Position numbers and translations under genes: made by a program
Shown here: one piece after another, positions 58,411-64,000 of the stretch
Layout: each line of letters starts with the position of its first letter
How positions within the stretch are numbered: the stretch's first letter is position 1
Source: Macrostomum hystrix
Taxonomy: Eukaryota > Animalia > Platyhelminthes
Direction of reading: 5' to 3'
DNA: 64,000 bases
Assembly: GCA_950097015.1 (NCBI GenBank)
Contig: CATNEN010000030.1
Span: forward strand, 1,736,001-1,800,000
The notes under the pieces: generated by a model
Databases searched by the model: none
What the model saw: only the letters and a program-made list of their open reading frames with translations
What the model was told of the DNA's origin: nothing

Positions 58411-59351
58411 AACACCAGCAATCTTCAGATCACTCACTGAACACCAGCAATCTTCCAGATCACTCACTGAACACCAGCAATCTTCCAGATCACTCACTGA
58501 ACACCAGCAATCTTCCAGATCACTCATTAAACACCAGCAATCTTCCAGATCACTCACTAAACACCAGCAATCTTCCAGATTACTCATTAAACACCAGCAA
58601 TCTTCCAGATCACTCACTGAACACCAGCAATCTTCCAGATCACTCACTGAACACCAGCAATCTCCCAGATCACTCATTAAACACCAGCAATCTTCAAGGT
58701 CACTCACTAAACACCAGCAATCTTCCAGATCACTCATTAAACACCAGCAATCTTCCAGATCACTCACTGAACACCAGCAATCTTCCAGATCACTCATTAA
58801 ACACCAGCAATCTTCCAGATCACTCATTAAACACCAGCAATCTTCCAGATCACTCACTGAACACCAGCAATCTTCCAGATCACTCACTGAACACCAGCAA
58901 TCTTCCAGATCACTCACTGAACACCAGCAATCTTCCAGATCACTCACTGAACACCAGCAATCTCCAGATCACTCATTAAACACCAGCAATCTTCCAGATC
59001 ACTCACTGAACACCAGCAATCTTCCAGATCACTCACTGAAACACCAGCAATCTCCCAGATCACTCATTAAACACCAGCAATCTTCCAGATCACTCACTGA
59101 ACACCAGCAATCTTCCAGATCACTCACTGAACACCAGCAATCTCCCAGATCACTCATTAAACACCAGCAATCTTCCAGATCACTCACTGAACACCAGCAA
59201 TCTTCCAGATCACTCACTGAACACCAGCAATCTTCCAGATCACTCACTGAACACCAGCAATCTTCCAGATCACTCACTGAACACCAGCAATCTTCCAGAT
59301 CACTCATTAAACACCAGCAATCTTCCAGATCACTCACTTAAACACCAGCAA
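58411..59351. repeat. 30-bp minisatellite (about 31 copies)
   Basis: Unit AACACCAGCAATCTTCCAGATCACTCACTG / ..CATTA variants. Confidence 0.97.
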
Positions 59352-59869
59352 CTTCCAATTGAAATGTTAATGAGCCAAGATGAAGTATTTTTTTTCGCGC
59401 AGAGATTTTTTTCAAAAGTATTCTTGCCAGGAAGATTTCGTCTGTCGTGTTGTCAACACGCGAACGTTAAAGTTCATTATAATTCTTATTGATAGATTAA
59501 TGAGTCAAAGTTACTACATTGGCGTAAGTGTGCATTGCGCACAAGTTAAGATCATTTTCTACACTCTATTAGACCGAATTAGATGCGCTTGAAGATCATA
59601 AGCCATCATAAACAGGCAGTCAGGTTTGGGGAAATTCGATGGCTTGTACTTTTATTTTCTTCAAAATTTAATTTGCACTCCATGATTTAGCTGGCAGGCC
59701 TGCTAATTTCCGTCTGAAGCCCCTATTGGTGCTAGTTCGCGCTTCAACTAGCCAGCTTTGCCTGGGATTCCTGTCCCTCTTTCTGACTTTTTGATCATTT
59801 GAAAGCAAGGTGGGTCGATTCGTGATGGATTATTATTTTTTTCCCTTTCTAAGCCAAAGCCCCAGACTG

Positions 59870-60160
59870 GGACCCAAGAGAGCCTACGGACTCACGACTT
59901 GAAGGTTGGGGGTTCGATTTCCGACTCCACTGAAACAATTTGTGTCCTTTAGCAATGACACTTAACTCTGCAGTGCTTCAGTTCACCCTGCTGTTAGATG
60001 GGTACTAGCATTAGCTTGGATAATTGAAGGTGGGTGTGGCGTCCCCCCAGTCCATGGACTGAACAGCTGTACGCAGCCTTCAGATGCGCCGCGCAATAGC
60101 TGCGGCTGTGCTGTCGGCTTCACATCTGGCCCGTTCGGGGCAGATGTAATCAATTATTAT
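59870..60160 (+). mobile_element. tRNA-derived CORE-like SINE family A
   Basis: GGACTCACGACTTG..GGTTCGATTTCC head, GTGTCCTTTAGCAATGACACTTAACTC CORE-like motif, 3' end shared with 8030-8110. Confidence 0.8.
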
Positions 60161-60168
60161 AATAGTAA

Positions 60169-62177
60169 TCTAGACCCATGTAGACACACCCAGAATACTC
60201 TAGACCTATGCAGTCACACCTAGAATACTCTAGACCTATGTAGACACACCTAGAATACTCTAGACCTATGTAGACACACCTAGAATACTCTAGACCTATG
60301 TAGTCACACCTAGAATACTCTAGACCTATGTAGTCACACCTAGAATACTCTAGACCTATGTAGACACACCTAGAATACTCTAGACCTATGTAGTCACACC
60401 TAGAATACTCTAGACCTATGTAGTACACACCTAGAATACTCTAGACCTATGTAGACACACCAAGAATACTCTAGACCTATGTAGACACACCAAGAATACT
60501 CTAGACCTATGTAGTCACACCTAGAGTACTCTAGACCTATGTAGTCACACCTAGAATACTCTAGACCTATGCAGTCACACCTAGAATACTCTAGACCTAT
60601 GTAGACACACCTAGAATACTCTAGACCTATGTAGACACACCTAGAATACTCTAGACCTATGTAGTCACACCTAGAATACTCTAGACCTATGTAGTCACAC
60701 CTAGAATACTCTAGACCTATGTAGTCACACCTAGAATACTCTAGACCTATGTAGTCACACCTAGAATACTCTAGACCTATGTAGACACACCAAGAATACT
60801 CTAGACCTATGTAGACACACCAAGAATACTCTAGACCTAAGTAGTCACACCTAGAGTACTCTAGACCTATGTAGTCACACCTAGAATACTCTAGACCTAT
60901 GTAGACACACCTAGAATACTCTAGACCTATGTAGACACACCTAGAATACTCTAGACCTATGTAGTCACACCTAGAATACTCTAGACCTATGTAGTCACAC
61001 CTAGAATACTCTAGACCTATGTAGACACACCAAGAATGCTCTAGACCTGTGTAGACACACCAAGAATACTCTAGACCTATGTAGTCACACCTAGAATACT
61101 CTAGACCTATGTAGTCACACCCAGAATACTCTAGACCTATGTAGTCACACCCAGAATACTCTAGACCTATGTAGTCACACCCAGAATACTCTAGACCTAT
61201 GTAGACACACCAAGAATACTCTAGACCTATGTAGTCACACCTAGAATACTCTAGACCTATGTAGTCACACCCAGAATACTCTAGACCTATGTAGACACAC
61301 CCAGAATACTCTAGACCTATGTAGTCACACCTAGAATACTCTAGACCTATGTAGACACACCCAGAATACTCTAGACCTATGTAGTCACACCTAGAATACT
61401 CTAGACCTATGTAGTCACACCCAGAATACTCTAGACCTATGTAGTCACACCCAGAATACTCTAGACCTATGTAGTCACACCTAGAATACTCTAGACCTAT
61501 GTAGTCACACCCAGAATACTCTAGACCTATGTAGTCACACCTAGAATACTCTAGACCTATGTAGTCACACCCAGAATACTCTAGACCTATGTAGTCACAC
61601 CCAGAATACTCTAGACCTATGTAGTCACACCTAGAATACTCTAGACCTATGTAGTCACACCCAGAATACTCTAGACCTATGTAGTCACACCTAGAATACT
61701 CTAGACCTATGTAGTCACACCTAGAATACTCTAGACCTATGTAGTCACACCCAGAATACTCTAGACCTATGTAGTCACACCTAGAATACTCTAGACCTAT
61801 GTAGTCACACCCAGAATACTCTAGACCTATGCAGTCACACCTAGAATACTCTAGACCTATGTAGACACACCTAGAATACTCTAGACCTATGTAGACACAC
61901 CTAGAATACTCTAGACCTATGTAGTCACACCTAGAATACTCTAGACCTATGTAGTCACACCTAGAATACTCTAGACCTATGTAGACACACCTAGAATACT
62001 CTAGACCTATGTAGTCACACCCAGAATACTCTAGACCTATGTAGTCACACCCAGAATACTCTAGACCTATGTAGTCACACCTAGAATACTCTAGACCTAT
62101 GTAGACACACCTAGAATACTCTAGACCTATGTAGTCACACCTAGAATACTCTAGACCTATGTAGTCACACCTAGAAT
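60169..62177. repeat. 30-bp satellite (about 67 copies, 2 kb)
   Basis: Unit CTAGACCTATGTAGTCACACCTAGAATACT with point variants. Confidence 0.98.
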
Positions 62178-62801
62178 TATTTTGACCGATGCAGATCTTA
62201 TGCGCATCGAACTTCGCTGCTCGAGCTCGAGCTCGTAGCTCGCCAAAAAGAGTCCAGCAGCGAACGCAGCCCTCGAACATCTGTCTTACTCAGGAACCGC
62301 TTGAGCAGCACCGGCTCACTTTTCTCTTCTCTTTCTCTTAATTCCTAATTAACGGAATTGAAACTCAACCTGGAAATTCGCTGTCAAAAATGTCTGCTCA
62401 GTCGAACAGGTGCACAGGAGTCACCGCGAAATCAGCGCTCTGCAGCTAAACACCCGGGCAGTTGGAAAGCCTTTTTACTTTCGCAACCAATGCGGATATC
62501 AATCCTCTACTACGCGATTTTTGTATGCCCAATCGATACAGGAAAACCTCTGGACAGTAGGGCTCCGCGTTAAAGCATGTCAGCTCAACATTTGTGCGGT
62601 ATCAGCTGACACTCCCTGTTTTGAGCTAGGATTGAATTTCCTTCTGACAGTCACACACCTGTAAGAATTTTAACATTCCAATTTGACAAGCCATGTATAG
62701 ATCCAAAGACTTTTTCGTAACTAACAGTTCTCTTACTTTGCATAGCTCTAATTCAGCCTATATAAACAATTGGTCCTTAACTTCATGTCACTCTCTTCGT
62801 A

Positions 62802-63474
62802 CAAGTGTTCATCAAGCTGATCAAATCTCCATTCAAGTATTCATCAATTTGATCAACTCTCCATTCAAGTGTTCATCAAGTTGATCAAATCTCCATTCAA
62901 GTATTCATCAAGTTGATCAACTCTCCATTCAAGTATTCATCAAGTTGATCAACTCTCCATTCAAGTGTTCATCAAGTTGATCAACTCTCCATTCAAGTGT
63001 TCATCAAGTTGATCAACTCTCCATTCAAGTGTTCATCAAGTTGATCAAATCTCCATTCAAGTGTTCATCAAGTTGATCAAATCTCCATTCAAGTGTTCAT
63101 CAAGTTGATCAAATCTCCATTCAAGTGTTCATCAAGTTGATCAAATCTCCATTCAAGTGTTCATCAAGTTGATCAAATCTCCATTCAAGTGTTCATCAAG
63201 TTGATCAAATCTCCATTCAAGTGTTCATCAAGTTGATCAAATCTCCATTCAAGTATTCATCAAGTTGATCAACTCTCCATTTAAGTGTTCATAAAGTTGA
63301 TCAAATCTCTATTCAAGTGTTCATCAAGTTGATCAAATCTCCATTCAAGTATTCATCAAGTTGATCAACTCTCCATTTAAGTGTTCATAAAGTTGATCAA
63401 ATCTCTATTCAAGTGTTCATCAACTTGATCAAATCTCCATTCAAGTGTTCATCAAGTTGATCAACTCTCCATTC
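62802..63474. repeat. 32-bp minisatellite (about 21 copies)
   Basis: Unit CAAGTGTTCATCAAGTTGATCAAATCTCCATT with palindromes TTGATCAA and ATCAA-G-TTGAT. Confidence 0.97.
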
Positions 63475-64000
63475 ATGTCGTCAAATCAATAACTGACCGT
63501 TAATTTTGGTCTTGACTTTTCTTATTTGCGTATTTGGGCATAAAACTATTGTTTTCAGTGGCAACACGTGGGTGATAAAATAAAGAAAGACAGATTTAGA
63601 GACATTGCGATTCAGCATTTCTTCAGAATGAAGTGGGCCGCTCTGTGGCAGAGAAGTCAAATCGCCGGCATTCCCTGCTCAATTCGCTTCGATCCAGTCC
63701 ATGCTGCATCCTGGGTGGCTTGCGAGCCGCTGAGTTGCGGTTGCTTGATGGCCTAGGTGAGGAAGACTGGAGTGGCGCATCGAAAAGTTTTGCGTGCAGC
63801 CCCAGACCCACTTCATTCTCGTGTGTTGCGCGAGTTCCCGCACTCTGCTAAACTAAACTCTCTGCTCTCTCTCTCTCTCTCTCTCGCATCCCTATTATTC
63901 TTCCTGCTAGGGCTCCTCTTGTGCCGGAGGGGGCAGAAGTAGCACTTCTTGTTGTTCTATTCCTACCGACTATGTCATCTAGAACTGCTCCGTGGGTAGG

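Noticed and set aside
58354-59337. Cys/Asp-rich SDLEDCWC repeat ORFs suggesting a metal-binding protein
   Set aside because: Translation of a 30-bp minisatellite, interrupted by 29/31-bp units that shift the frame.
60400-62280. 626-aa ORF of CDYIGLEYSR repeats
   Set aside because: It is a stop-free frame of a 30-bp (multiple of 3) satellite, with no coding signature or splice context.

Overview
This is eukaryotic (metazoan invertebrate) genomic DNA, not prokaryotic: the genes are interrupted by GT-AG introns. Short introns, GC-rich codons and abundant 16-49 bp minisatellites would fit a flatworm such as Macrostomum, but that is inference only. Protein genes: (1) a large, apparently intact, multi-exon divergent IP3-receptor-like Ca2+ channel gene on the minus strand (ATG about 18576, running off the left edge before the TM domain); (2) an intronless cupin-fold ORF (21075-21626, -); (3) a DLG-type MAGUK with a single PDZ-SH3-HOOK-GK (about 23996-27763, +); (4) LSm7 (30659-31024, -); (5) two tandem Na+/K+-ATPase beta subunits, one intronless and one with two introns (47133-51474, +); (6) a divergent two-pore K+ channel (54733-55729, +). 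RNA genes: tRNA-Met(CAT) and tRNA-Ala(TGC). Mobile DNA: a full-length CsRn1-like Ty3/gypsy LTR element (223-bp LTRs, 4-bp TSD, Trp-type PBS, clear -1 frameshift signal) 137 bp upstream of tRNA-Ala, an internally deleted mariner, hAT MITEs with 8-bp TSDs, several tRNA-derived SINE families, RTE and RNaseH-LINE fragments, and more than a dozen tandem arrays. The most unusual observation is a 33-bp minisatellite whose first copy is the DLG coding exon end plus its 5' splice site. The same unit has expanded in inverted orientation 2 kb downstream, behind LSm7. All three DLG introns are filled with different arrays carrying splice-signal-like motifs. No CRISPR array is present, and the long ORFs across the arrays are artefacts. 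All alignments and exon models were made by eye.
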